Source: Tubiluchus corallicola (lineage: Eukaryota > Animalia > Priapulida). From it: a stretch of DNA of 64,000 bases. The position numbers and the translations under genes are program-made. The stretch covers positions 81,592 through 145,591 of the forward strand of contig JAQGDQ010000389.1 in the NCBI GenBank assembly GCA_030141605.1, written 5' to 3'. The notes beneath the pieces were generated by a model. That model was given only the letters and a program-made list of their open reading frames with translations, was not told the DNA's origin and searched no databases. Positions 51,793 to 64,000 of the stretch are shown piece by piece (positions within the stretch are counted from its first letter, which is position 1; every line of letters begins with the position of its first letter).

Positions 51793-52494
51793 CTAAAACA
51801 AACCAATTCTGATTGGCTCGTATCGTCTCTAAATACTAAAACAAATCAATTCTGATTGGCTCGTATCATTTCTAAATACTAAAACAAACCAATTCTGATT
51901 GGCTCGTATCATTTCTAAATACTAAAGCAAACCAGTTCTGATTGGCTCGTATCGTCTCTAAATACTAAAACAAACCAATTCTGATTGGCTCGTATCATTT
52001 CAAAATACTAAAGCAAACCAATTCTGATTGGCTCGTATCGTCTCTAAATACTAAAACAAACCAATTCTGATTGGCTCGTATCGTTTCTAAATACTAAAAC
52101 AAACCAATTCTGATTGGCTCGTATCGTTTCTAAATACTAAAACAAATCAATTCTGATTGGCTCGTATCATTTCTAAATACTAAAGCAAACCAGTTCTGAT
52201 TGGCTCGTATCGTCTCTAAATACTAAAACAAATCAATTCTGATTGGCTCGTATCATTTCTAAATACTAAAACAAATCAATTCTGATTGGCTCGAATAATT
52301 TCAAAATAATGAAACAAACCAATTCTGATTGGCTCGAATAATTTCAAAATACTAAAACAAACCAATTCTGATTGGCTCGTATCGTCTCTAAATACTAAAA
52401 CAAACCAATTCTGATTGGCGCGAATAATTTCAAAATACTAAAACAAACCAGTTCTGACTGGCTCGTATCATCTCTAAATACTAATGCAAACTAA
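51764..52494 (-). repeat. 43-bp minisatellite, 17 copies, each an acceptor site plus the first 29 nt of the TMEM214 exon
   Basis: Minus-strand unit ttggtttgttttag|TATTTAGAGATGATACGAGCCAATCAGAA; exon-start copies run from 52480 to 51792 (16 x 43 bp). Confidence 0.95.
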
Positions 52495-52511
52495 AAGTAA
52501 TAATAAAGTGT

Positions 52512-55500
52512 GTGTAAACCAGTACTCAGTGGGGTAGCAAGTGCTTGTGGTGCCCGGTGTAAACCAGTACTCAGTGGGGTAGCAAGTGCTTGTGGTGCCC
52601 GGGTGTAAACCAGTACTCAGTGGGGTAGCAAGTGCTTGTGGTGCCCGGGTGTAAATCAATACTCAATGGAGCAGCAAGCGCTTGTGGTGCCCAGGTGTAA
52701 ACCAGTACTCAATGGAGTAGCAAGTGCTTGTGGTGCCCGGGTGTAAACCAGTACTCAATGGAGTAGCAAGTGCTTGTGGTGCCCAGGTGCAAATCAATAC
52801 TCAATGGAGTAGCAAGTGCTTGTGGTGCCCAGGTGTAAACCAGTACTCAATGGAGTAGCAAGTGCTTGTGGTGCCCGGGTGTAAATCAGTACTCAATGGA
52901 GTAGCAAGTGCTTGTGGTGCCCGGGTGTAAATCAATACTCAATGGAGCAGCAAGTGCTTGTGGTGCCCAGGTGTAAACCAGTACTCAATGGAGTAGCAAG
53001 TGCTTGTGGTGCCCGGGTGTAAATCAATACTCAGTGGAGTAGCAAGTGCTTGTGGTGCCCAGGTGTAAACCAGTACTCAATGGAGTAGCAAGTGCTTGTG
53101 GTGCCTGGGTGTAAATCAATACTCAATGGAGTAGCAAGTGCTTGTGGTGCTGGGGTGTAAATCAATACTCAATGGAGTAGCAAGTGCTTGTGGTGCCCGG
53201 GTGTAAATCAATACTCAATGGAGTAGCAAGTGCTTGTGGTGCCCAGGTGTAAACCAGTACTCAATGGAGTAGCAAGTGCTTGTGGTGCCTGGGTGTAAAC
53301 CAGTACTCAATGGAGTAGCAAGTGCTTGTGGTGCCCGGGTGTAAACCAGTACTCAGTGGAGTAGCAAGTGCTTGTGGTGCCCGGGTGTAAATCAATACTC
53401 AATGGAGTAGCAAGTGCTTGTGGTGCCCAGGTGTAAATCAATACTCAATGGAGTAGCAAGTGCTTGTGGTGCTGGGGTGTAAATCAATACTCAATGGAGT
53501 AGCATGTGCTTGTGGTGCCCAGGTGTAAATCAATACTCCATGGGGTAGTAAGTGCTTGTGGTGCCCAGGTGTAAATCAATACTCAATGGAGTAGCAAGTG
53601 TTTGTGGTGCCTGGGTGTAAATCAATACTCAATGGAGTAGCAAGTGCTTGTGGTGCTGGGGTGTAAACCAGTACTCAATGGAGTAGCAAGTGTTTGTGGT
53701 GCTGGGGTGTAAATCAATACTCAATGGAGTAGCAAGTGCTTGTGGTGCCTGAGTACTCATGGGTAGCAAGTGCTTGTGGTGCCCAGGTGCAAATCAATAC
53801 TCAATGGAGTAGCAGTGCTTGTGGTGCCCGAGTGTAAATCAGTACTCAGTGGGGTAGCAAGTGCTTGTGGTGCCCAGGTGCAAATCAATACTCAATGGAG
53901 TAGCAAGTGCTTGTGGTGCCCAGGTGACAACCAGTACTCAATGGAGTAGCAAGTGCTTGTGGTGCCCGGGTGTAAATCAGTACTCAATGGAGTAGCAAGT
54001 GCTTGTGGTGCCCGGGTGTAAATCAATACTCAATGGAGCAGCAAGTGCTTGTGGTGCCCAGGTGTAAACCAGTACTCAATGGAGTAGCAAGTGCCTGTGG
54101 TGCCCGGGTGTAAACCAGTACTCAATGGAGTAGCAAGTGCTTGTGGTGCCCAGGTGCAAATCAATACTCAATGGAGTAGCAAGTGCTTGTGGTGCCCGGG
54201 TGTAAATCAGTACTCAGTGGGGTAGCAAGTGCTTGTGGTGCCCAGGTGCAAATCAATACTCAATGGAGTAGCAAGTGCTTGTGGTGCCCGAGTGTAAATC
54301 AATACTCAGTGGGGTAGCAAGTGCTTGTGGTGCCCAGGTGCAAATCAATACTCAATGGAGTAGCAAGTGCTTGTGGTGCCCAGGTGTAAACCAGTACTCA
54401 ATGGAGTAGCAAGTGCTTGTGGTGCCCGGGTGTAAATCAATACTCAATGGAGTAGCAAGTGCTTGTGGTGCCCGGGTGTAAATCAATACTCAATGGAGCA
54501 GCAAGTGCTTGTGGTGCCCAGGTGTAAACCAGTACTCAATGGAGTAGCAAGTGCTTGTGGTGCCCGGGTGTAAATCAATACTCAATGGAGTAGCAAGTGC
54601 TTGTGGTGCCCGAGTGTAAATCAATACTCAGTGGGGTAGCAAGTGCTTGTGGTGCCCAGGTGCAAATCAATACTCAATGGAGTAGCAAGTGCTTGTGGTG
54701 CCCGGGTGTAAACCAGTACTCAATGGAGTAGCAAGTGCTTGTGGTGCCCGGGTGTAAATCAATACTCAATGGAGTAGCAAGTGCTTGTGGTGCCCGGGTG
54801 TAAACCAGTACTCAATGGAGTAGCAAGTGCTTGTGGTGCCCAGGTGTAAACCAGTACTCAGTGGGGTAGCAAGTGCTTGTGGTGCCCGGGTGTAAACCAG
54901 TACTCAATGGAGTAGCAAGTGCTTGTGGTGCCCGGGTGTAAACAAGTACTCAGTGGAGTAGCAAGTGCTTGTGGTGCCCGGGTGCAAATCAATACTCAAT
55001 GGAGTAGCAAGTGCTTGTGGTGCCCGGGTGTAAACCAGTACTCAATGGAGTAGCAAGTGCTTGTGGTGCCCAGGTGCAAATCAATACTCAATGGAGTAGC
55101 AAGTGCTTGTGGTGCCCGGGTGTAAACCAGTACTCAATGGAGTAGCAAGTGCTTGTGGTGCCCAGGTGCAAATCAATACTCAATGGAGTAGCAAGTGCTT
55201 GTGGTGCCCGGGTGTAAACCAGTACTCAATGGAGTAGCAAGTGCTTGTGGTGCCCAGGTGCAAATCAATACTCAATGGAGTAGCAAGTGCTTGTGGTGCC
55301 CAGGTGTAAACCAGTACTCAATGGAGTAGCAAGTGCTTGTGGTGCCCGGGTGTAAATCAATACTCAATGGAGTAGCAAGTGCTTGTGGTGCCCGGGTGTA
55401 AATCAATACTCAATGGAGTAGCAAGTGTTTGTGGTGCCCAGGTGTAAACCAGTACTCAATGGAGTAGCAAGTGCTTGTGGTGCCCGGGTGTAAACCAGTA

Positions 55501-57042
55501 CTCAATGGAGTAGCAAGTGCTTGTGGTGCCCAGGTGCAAATCAATACTCAATGGAGTAGCAAGTGCTTGTGGTGCCCGGGTGTAAATCAGTACTCAGTGG
55601 GGTAGCAAGTGCTTGTGGTGCCCAGGTGCAAATCAATACTCAATGGAGTAGCAAGTGCTTGTGGTGCCCGAGTGTAAATCAATACTCAGTGGGGTAGCAA
55701 GTGCTTGTGGTGCCCAGGTGCAAATCAATACTCAATGGAGTAGCAAGTGCTTGTGGTGCCCAGGTGTAAACCAGTACTCAATGGAGTAGCAAGTGCTTGT
55801 GGTGCCCGGGTGTAAATCAGTACTCAATGGAGTAGCAAGTGCTTGTGGTGCCCGGGTGTAAATCAATACTCAATGGAGCAGCAAGTGCTTGTGGTGCCCA
55901 GGTGTAAACCAGTACTCAATGGAGTAGCAAGTGCTTGTGGTGCCCGGGTGTAAATCAATACTCAATGCAGTAGCAAGTGCTTGTGGTGCCCAGGTGTAAA
56001 CCAGTACTCAATGGAGTAGCAAGTGCTTGTGGTGCCTGGGTGTAAATCAATACTCAATGGAGTAGCAAGTGCTTGTGGTGCCCGGGTGTAAATCAATACT
56101 CAATGGAGTAGCAAGTGCTTGTGGTGCCCGGGTGTAAATCAATACTCAATGGAGTAGCAAGTGCTTGTGGTGCCCAGGTGTAAATCAATACTCAATGGAG
56201 TAGCAAGTGCTTGTGGTGCCCGGGTGTAAACCAGTACTCAATGGAGTAGCAAGTGCTTGTGGTGCCCGGGTGTAAATCAATACTCAATGGAGTAGCAAGT
56301 GCTTGTGGTGCCCGGGTGTAAATCAATACTCAATGGAGTAGCAAGTGCTTGTGGTGCCCAGGTGCAAATCAATACTCAATGGAGTAGCAAGTGCTTGTGG
56401 TGCCCGGGTGTAAACCAGTACTCAATGGAGTAGCAAGTGCTTGTGGTGCCCGGGTGTAAATCAATACTCAATGGAGTAGCAAGTGCTTGTGGTGCCCAGG
56501 TGTAAATCAGTACTCCATGGAGTAGCAAGTGCTTGTGGTGCCCGGTGTAAATCAATACTCAATGGGTAGCAAGTGCTTGTGGTGCCCGGGTGTAAACCAG
56601 TACTCAATGGAGTAGCAAGTGCTTGTGGTGCTGGGGTGTAAATCAATACTCAATGGAGTAGCAAGTGTTTGTGGTGCTGGGGTGTAAACCAGTACTCAAT
56701 GGAGTAGCAAGTGTTTGTGGTGCTGGGGTGTAAATCAATACTCAATGGAGTAGCAAGTGTTTGTGGTGCTGGGGTGTAAATCAATACTCAATGGAGTAGC
56801 AAGTGCTTGTGGTGCCCGGGTGTAAATCAATACTCAATGGAGTAGCAAGTGTTTGTGGTGCCCAGGTGTAAATCAATACTCAATGGAGTAGCAAGTGCTT
56901 GTGGTGCTGGGGTGTAAATCAATACTCAATGGAGTAGCAAGTGCTTGTGGTGCTGGGGTGTAAATCAATACTCCATGGGGTAGTAAGTGCTTGTGGTGCC
57001 CAGGTGTAAATCAATCCTCCGTGGGGTAGTAAGTGCTTGTGC
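52512..57042 (+). repeat. 46-bp minisatellite, about 98 copies (4.5 kb)
   Basis: Unit gtgtaaaccagtactcaatggagtagcaagtgcttgtggtgcccgg with recurring variants. Confidence 0.98.
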
Positions 57043-57434
57043 TACATGGGCACCCTACCCTTTTAATGTTTGGATCATTTGTTTCGAAAGTGAAGCTACA
57101 AATTGTGCGCATTTTTTTTTGCACCTCTGAGCCCGACTTTCCTTTTTCGACATGATGGGATGAAGATAAACAAATTTTTTCAAAAAATCACCGGGAGTTT
57201 GATTTACGGTACTGCAGCAGAGTAACTCTTTTCTATGCATGAGTTGCTCATATCACGACAGTCCTTAACATTCGCCTCCAGCATTAAAACATGCAAAGAT
57301 TATGAAAGATACAGGACACTACAGGTTTTCACAATAATAGAATCTGCATTTAAAGAATAACTTTAGCGCTGTGATTTGCTGGAAGGCACTGTTTCTCCCA
57401 AAATTGTCATGCGACACCCTACACATGCCATTAA

Positions 57435-57940
57435 AGGGCAGGAAAAGGGGTCCCTGAAGTAGGTTCCAGAAAAATCTGCTTAAAAAAATTTTATACAGCA
57501 ATTTTATGCGTATATCTTACTCGCGTTGAAAGGATTTTTTTGTCTGTTTTCATTTTGAATCTCCCACAACACTGTTCCAACGGCGCCATTACAAGACGTT
57601 ATATACGCACAACGTAAATCAGGTGAAGAAAACAATATATTAAATCATGTCCCAAAAAACTTTCCATTATATCACTTAGCATTTTGCAAACCTGCTTGAA
57701 AGACTTATCTAACTAGAAAAGAAAATTGTTATTTATTTAAAATGTGTTCACCAATTGGTAAAATGTTGTTGACTTACCTCCAGCGTGCGCCACTCACTAA
57801 CAAAAAAACGTATTTTTAATCTTATTGACAAGATACTGTAATTAAAAGTTTTATTTAGTTAATGATGTGTTCACTACGAATGCTCTCATTAGTTTTTCAA
57901 ATATTTATTCAGTATTAATCAAACTTGTTTCAAATGACCT
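57435..57940 (+). mobile_element. Kolobok-like MITE copy 3 (3'-truncated)
   Basis: TTAA|AGGGCAGGAAAAGGGG..ctgaagtaggttccagaaaaatc; homologous to 35967-36889. Confidence 0.7.
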
Positions 57941-58044
57941 GTCGTCCCTATTCTTTCTACGTTTGTGCCACAACTGCGTTTGAAATCCATGAGGCCAATA
58001 GGTTTTCTCACACACGAAGAGAAAATGAATTGTTTAACTTAAAA

Positions 58045-58478
58045 CAGGGGTGTGCAAACTGCGTCCCGCGGGCCACTTGCGGCCAGTCGACAGATCTTGT
58101 GCGGCCCGCGAAGAGGTTTGTCAACGTAATAAAAGTGCGGCCCACGCGCGATCCAGCTGATGTCTGCACCAATGTAGCAGAGATAGTGCGGGTAGTTTTT
58201 TCCTCTAGATCGGATGGCATTAACCCTTACAAGACCGTTGTCACTTAATGTCACTGTCGGACATGACGAAATATTTGGTTTTTAATACAAATTTTAATAA
58301 CTTCTGAAATAGTTTCTTGAGTTTAGTATGCAGTAGTAATGATGTACGTAGGTCAGATGCAGAAAAATCGTTATTAGGCCCTTCTGTACTAGGCTCCTTG
58401 ATCAAACTGCATGCGGCCCACAGGAATTGCGGGAAAGTTTAATGTGGCCAGGCTAGTCAGATAATTTGCACACACCTG
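58045..58478 (+). mobile_element. hAT (Buster/Charlie-like) MITE copy 2
   Basis: TIRs CAGGGGTGTGCAAA / TTTGCACACACCTG; perfect TSD acttaaaa. Confidence 0.93.
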
Positions 58479-59020
58479 ACTTAAAACAACAGATGACTGA
58501 TTTTACTATTGCAATGCATAACACAGAATAAACAGAGAATTACAACCAGCTGAACCACTTTAAAAAGAAATAATTTTATAACTAGCAAAGGCAACGCAAA
58601 AAAATTTGCGTATAAATACACTTATAATCAAAAATGCGCAAACATCCTACCTAGTGTTTGTCTGTTTATATAATGCAAAGCCAGTAGCAGCTTTTGCTGA
58701 ATTAAAGTTATAAGGTTATAGACAGAGTATAATGGATGACGTCACAACAATGGCTCTGCGTCAGCAGTTTTCTAAGTGAAAATTGCCAAAAATAGAACAT
58801 CTAATTAACTCGTTAAATAATTACTAAGCTAACTGTTAGAAGGTAAATGGTAGAAGCAGGGATTAAACGTAAAAGCAGAAGTTTATAAATATTCACTGTC
58901 AAATCTCTGACAGTTTTCACTTCTGAGCACACAAACACTTATGAAGTTAATTTATGCAATTTGAAAAGACGCAAATGATTTCAAAAATTCGCAACCCATT
59001 TACACGTAACAGTTACAAAC

Positions 59021-59103
59021 CTTTTGCAAGTCTGGCATAACGCTTTTGGGTTGATGGAATGCAACACATTGAATACAAACTCTATAACCGTACGTTGATA
59101 AAC
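59021..59103 (-). CDS. TMEM214: TMEM214 exon
   Basis: tcttccag| ... |gtttgt, 83 nt, phase 1-0; GLSTYGYRVCIQCVAFHQPK (compare GESLHGYRICIQAILQDKPK). Confidence 0.93.
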
Positions 59104-59224
59104 CTGGAAGACAAAGACAGTAAAATTAAACTGGTGCGGAAACAAAGCGACTAGCCAAAAATTAACGTCGACTTGAATTTAGTAATTAAGCTTTCAATGA
59201 TAAGATGTTCTTCTAAATCAAAAA

Positions 59225-61450
59225 ATTCATTTAGTGGCACTAGATGGCAGCACAGCCTTACCAAGTTGAAGTTACATAGTTTAAAGGTACCAATTACCTG
59301 GATAATTATGTAATATAAAGCTAAGATGTTTATAATTTAGAATTTTTTCTGCTCAGCAAACTTATTTACTGGCAGTAGATGGCAGCACAGCCTTACCAAG
59401 TTGGAGTGACATGATTTAAAGGTACCAATTACCCAAATAATTATGTAATATAAAGCTAATATGTTTATAATTTAGAATTCTTTCTGCTCAGTAAACTTAT
59501 TTACTAGCACCAGATGGCAGCACAGTCTTACAAAGTTGGAGTGACATGATTTAAACTTTAAAGGTACCAATTACCTACAAAACGATGTAATGGACAGCTA
59601 ACAGCTTTGCAGTTTAGAAAAATTCTTTCTGCTCAATAAATTAATTTACTGACATTAGATGGCAGCACAGACTTACCAAGTTGAAGTGACATGATTTAAA
59701 GGTACCAATTACCTGAATAATTATGTAATATAAAGCTAATATGTTTATAATTTAGAATTCTTTCTGCTCAGTAAACTTATTTACTGGCAGTAGATGGCAG
59801 CACAGCCTTACCAAGTTGAAGTGACATGATTTAAAGGTACCAATTACCTGAATAATTATGTAATATAAAGCTAATATGTTTATAATTTAGAATTCTTTCT
59901 GCTCAGTAAACTTATTTACTGGCAGTAGATGGCAGCACAGACTTACCAAGTTGAAGTGACATGGTTTAAAGGTACAATTACCAATAATTATGTAATATAA
60001 AGCTAATATGTTTATAATTTAGAATTCTTTCTGCTCAGTAAACTTATTTACTGGCAGTAGATGGCAGCACAGACTTACCAAGTTGAAGTGACATGGTTTA
60101 AAGGTACCAATTACCTACATAATGATGTAATGGACAGCTAACAGCTTTGCAGTTTAGAATGTAGGGAGCCGAGTGGACCACTGAGCCAAGTAGACCAATT
60201 GGTCTACTTGGGCTGCCCAAGTAGGACACTAGAGACAGGTCGCGAAATGAGTTGCTACGTGTACTGGCACCCGTCCTTGTTTATGTAATATTAATAATTG
60301 AAAACGTCAATACACGTTGAATAATTTTTTATACATCTGAGAAAATAAAAGAATTTTATTCTGAGCTGGTAGAACGGACAATATTAAATTTGGCTTTGAT
60401 ATTAATGTTGTTGAAATGAAATAAACCCACTTTTTATGCAATTTCAACATTTGTTTAAAGTATATCATATTTTATTTTGTCTCGCTTCACAGGCAGAACA
60501 CTACCTCTTGTATAAATAATTGTTTTCTCCTAAGTAAACGTTCTAGCGGCCTATGTGCCCTATACGAGCCATATACAACAGTGTCCAACATGTTGCAGTA
60601 CTATTGATATTATTAAAACTAATTGTCTTTGATTTTCCTAAAAAGTTCAAAATTACTTTTTCGTGTTGTGAAGGCTTAGCAGCATCTGTCTTATTTTTAA
60701 ACTTGCAGTTATTTCTGTAATAACTGTGTGCATAATTTCTCTTGTAAAAGCACTAGATACTTAGTCTAATGTTACGATGATTTTAATGGAGCTAATAATA
60801 CTCATGATACTGGTGTAAAAAAATAAAGTTATTATAAAGTTACTTTTTCGTTTTATGGTTTATTATGGTCATTATAATTCTCGATTCTCGACAAAAATGG
60901 GCTGCCCATGTAGGACACTACTTTTAGCGCATCGGTTTTACCGGAAGTGGTCTACTTGGCTCAGTGGTCCACTCGGCTCCCTACATAGAAGAACTCTTTC
61001 TGCTCAGTAAACTTATTTACTGGCAGTAGATGGCAGCACAGCCTAACAAAGCCGGAGTGACATGATTTAAAGGTACCAATTACCTGAATAATTACGTAAT
61101 ATAAAGCTAATATGTTTATAATTTAGAATTCTTTCTGCTCAGTAAATTTATTTACTGGCAGTAGATGGCAGCACAGTCTTACAAAGTTGAAGTGACATGA
61201 TTTAAAGGTACCAATTACCCACATAATGATGTAATGGACAGCTAACAGCTTTGCAGTTTAGAAGAACTCTTTCTGCTCAGTAAACTTATTTACTGGCACT
61301 AGATGGCAGCACAGCCTTACAAAGTTGGAGTGACATGATTTAAAGGTACCAATTACCTGAATAATTATGTAATATAAAGCTAATATGTTTATAATTTAGA
61401 ATTCTTTCTGCTCAATAAATTCATTTACTGGCACTAGATGGCAGCACAAC
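59225..61450 (+). repeat. About 135-bp tandem repeat, about 11 copies, interrupted by a MITE
   Basis: (t/c)agatggcagcac at about 59241, 59376, 59511, 59656, 59791, 59926, 60058, 61027, 61162, 61300 and 61435. Confidence 0.95.
60160..60985. mobile_element. Non-autonomous TIR element with TGT..ACA ends (possibly Ginger2-like)
   Basis: Perfect 38-bp TIR tgtagggagccgagtggaccactgagccaagtagacca; TSD TAGAA, confirmed against the empty site in a sister repeat unit near 61255. Confidence 0.85.
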
Positions 61451-61569
61451 CTCATCACACTCTTATAAGCCACAAGCGACATGGTTTAAAATTACAAATT
61501 ACCTATAAATGTAATATGAGGTTACGAGGTCAAGAGTTTTGCAATTTACAAAATTAATAATCCACCAAC

Positions 61570-61701
61570 CTTTATTAAAATCTGTAATCATGGCTCGTAC
61601 GCAGTGCTCAAAAAACAATGACTGGACTTCAAGTGGACACTTGACCAGAACGTTCGTCATCAACTTCCGGACACTGGTCGACAAGTAACAGTACGGCGAG
61701 T
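61570..61701 (-). CDS. TMEM214: TMEM214 exon
   Basis: ttgtccag| ... |gttggt, 132 nt, phase 1-1; DSPYCYLSTSVRKLM..LFFEHCVRAM (compare DYPYSLVSRELR..LFFDHCLFTM). Confidence 0.93.
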
Positions 61702-61733
61702 CTGGACAAACAAAAGCAAATTATTTCTAGATA

Positions 61734-62685
61734 CAGTAAGTCCTCGCTTAACGACGCTAATACGACGTTAAGTGAAACTTAGTTAAACGAAGCAAAGCTG
61801 CCATAGAAAGTAATGTAAAGAAATTGAGATGTGTTCCAGCAACAAAAATCAATACTGCTTAAATCACATAAAGTAAAGATTTTATGAGTTTTGCCCATGT
61901 TTCTAATAAACACTTTATTTTCATTAGCTTGAAACCACCTACATATCTCAATTACCTAGCTAGCGGCTTCTCATTCGGTAAAATTTAAGTCTAGGCTGCG
62001 GTTAAACGATACTAATGTTTTTTTTATCACGATTCACTTTAAATTTTCAGATTATCTCCATTACTTTTTTTTCTATCACCGTGTGGGACAATCTAACAAG
62101 CCCTGCTTTTTGATTGCCCGCAACACATTTACCTTCGTGTATAAGTGAACAGTGTGCGAGGCTTTTCCTGTGCAGTATTTCTTATTTGTATTACGTTCAT
62201 TGTAGGCCCTTTCACTAGATATTGTATATGTAACCATTGTAAATGTGTAAGGTGAAATAAATGACTTACGACTAAATGACTAAACACCACCACGGAATCA
62301 AAGCTAATCTTTGGAACGACTTTGGAAATTTCATCTAGTCTGGTTGCTATAGCAACAGGATGAGGCAAAATTTCTTGCATAAGGTGTGCTAACATGTCTC
62401 GCTTGATACAAACAGTGACCAATCAGAGAGAAAAAACAATTACTGTTATAGTAATTGCACTGTTTACATTACTATTGCGTATATAGAACAGAATAATGCA
62501 ATATCTACTGTTTCAATGCATCAAATTAAGTAGGAAAGTCGTTGACGAATAAAAATTGGTTTCGAGCAAAGGAAAAATATCGTCGTTAAAAAGAAATGTG
62601 CGTTGTCGATTGAAAAAAACGGTGTAAAATGTTTAGCGTTGTTAAAATGAAACGTCGCTAAACGGGGAGTTGTTAAGCGAGGACT
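61734..62685. mobile_element. pogo/Tigger-type MITE
   Basis: TA|CAGTAAGTCCTCGCTTAAC ... GTTAAGCGAGGACT; right end slightly truncated. Confidence 0.75.
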
Positions 62686-63007
62686 GAGGACAATAATTTA
62701 GCAACATGGAAAGAAAAGCTTTTGTACAAAACTGCACAAATTTGACAGGCGATGCATTAAAAAACATTTTTATGAAAGTTGGCACTCTGTAACACATTTA
62801 ATGGGTGTAGCAAGACCAGCACCTACCTGACTATCAAAAACAATTCACTAAGTTGCGACACTAAACCGGGCATTGCTGCCTTGGGATCGGACATAAATAG
62901 AAGATTTTAACTATTTTTCACATTTTTACGGACATTCTACATTTTATCTAAACTTCTTTTGAATTTGCTGATTAATTAGAATTCGATTAGTAATATTACG
63001 TAATTAC

Positions 63008-63158
63008 CAACAGGAAGTCCAACGAGAACGGGATCTTTTTCCTGCACGTGCAATTCGAGGTTCAAGTAAGAAGCCATGTCTTTCAACCAGACGGACGGAT
63101 TTTCCGGAAACTTGGCTTCGTCTACTGCTAACAGCTCCTCCAAGGCTTTGGCACTGAC
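63008..63158 (-). CDS. TMEM214: TMEM214 most 5' exon found in the window (gene start lies beyond 64000)
   Basis: ttttaacag| ... |gtaatt, 151 nt, phase 0-1; FPENPSVWLKDMASYLN matches the TMEM214 motif NPSIWLKDLASYLN. Confidence 0.95.
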
Positions 63159-63237
63159 CTGTTAAAATGAAGCCAGTGTGTCATAGAGATTAGTAATTAG
63201 ACCCTTGAGACTCCATGACAGCATGGGATACCTAGAG

Positions 63238-63664
63238 CAGGGGTGTGCAAATTATGTGACTAGCCGGGCCACATTAAACTTTCCCACAATTCCTGTGGGC
63301 CACAGGCAGTTTGATCAAGGAGTCAAGTACAGAAAGACCTAATAACGATTTTTTTGCATCCGATTTGCGCACATCATTACTACTACACTCAAGAAACTGT
63401 TTTAGAAGTTATTAAAATTTATGTTAAAAACCATATATTTCGTCATGTCCGACAGTGACATTAAGTAACAACAATCTTGTAAGGGTTAATGCCATCCGAT
63501 CTAGAGGAAAAAACTACCCGCACTATCTTTGCGATATTGGTGCAGACTTCAGCTGGATCGCGTATGGGCCACACTTTCATTACATTGACAAACCTCTTCG
63601 CGGGCCGCACAAGATCTCTTGGTGGGCCGCAAGCGGCCTGCGGGCCGCAGTTTGCACACCCCTG
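63238..63664 (-). mobile_element. hAT (Buster/Charlie-like) MITE copy 3
   Basis: Same TIRs in reverse orientation; imperfect TSD acctagag / aactagac. Confidence 0.9.
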
Positions 63665-64000
63665 AACTAGACCATGAGACTCCATGACAGCATGGGATAC
63701 CTGCAGTTTCCCTCCTTTAATGCAAAGACACGTAATAGAATGGGATCTGAACTGAATACATCTAAGCTAATCACGGCACTAAACCAATATAGATATGAAA
63801 TTTGACCAATGGCTATTACTAATGCTGGACACTCGCAGTGCAATACGTGTCGTGTTTCAAATTTTGCAACCATGTTTTTTGAAAGACAGTTTTTTATACT
63901 TCTTTGTATTTCAAAAGCTTAGACTCAGCATGCAACAGCAGAGCTGACTCAATGTACATGGTTGTGGCAAGACTGCAACCTATCTTTTCACTCGAACTAA

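Overview
AT-rich animal (probably invertebrate) genomic DNA with two convergent spliced genes, reconstructed by hand from GT-AG sites and reading frames. (1) On +, 2850-23699: a complete 11-exon gene for a secreted protein of about 726 aa (signal peptide, 6 immunoglobulin domains, C-terminal globular C1q domain; no collagen stalk, no TM segment). It resembles gastropod Ig+C1q 'QREP'/VIgL receptors, all its introns are phase 1, its Ig exons are tandemly duplicated, and its upstream region carries TATA, kappaB-like and IRF-like motifs. (2) On -, >63158-29112: the last 14 coding exons (554 aa) of TMEM214; its 5' exons lie beyond the window. Many TMEM214 introns hold their own minisatellite (units of 36, 42, 43, 46, 35/70, 72, ~129, 135, 174 and 265 bp), and two arrays are built from the gene's own 3' splice sites. 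Mobile elements include a Gmr1-like Gypsy relic with a palindromic LTR and tRNA-Leu PBS 60 bp after the Ig-C1q stop codon, a short RTE element starting at a twister-ribozyme cleavage site, tRNA-head SINEs, LINE/Penelope relics, and hAT, piggyBac, Kolobok-like, Tc1/mariner, pogo and TGT..ACA MITEs. Family names come from recalled motifs; no database search was run.
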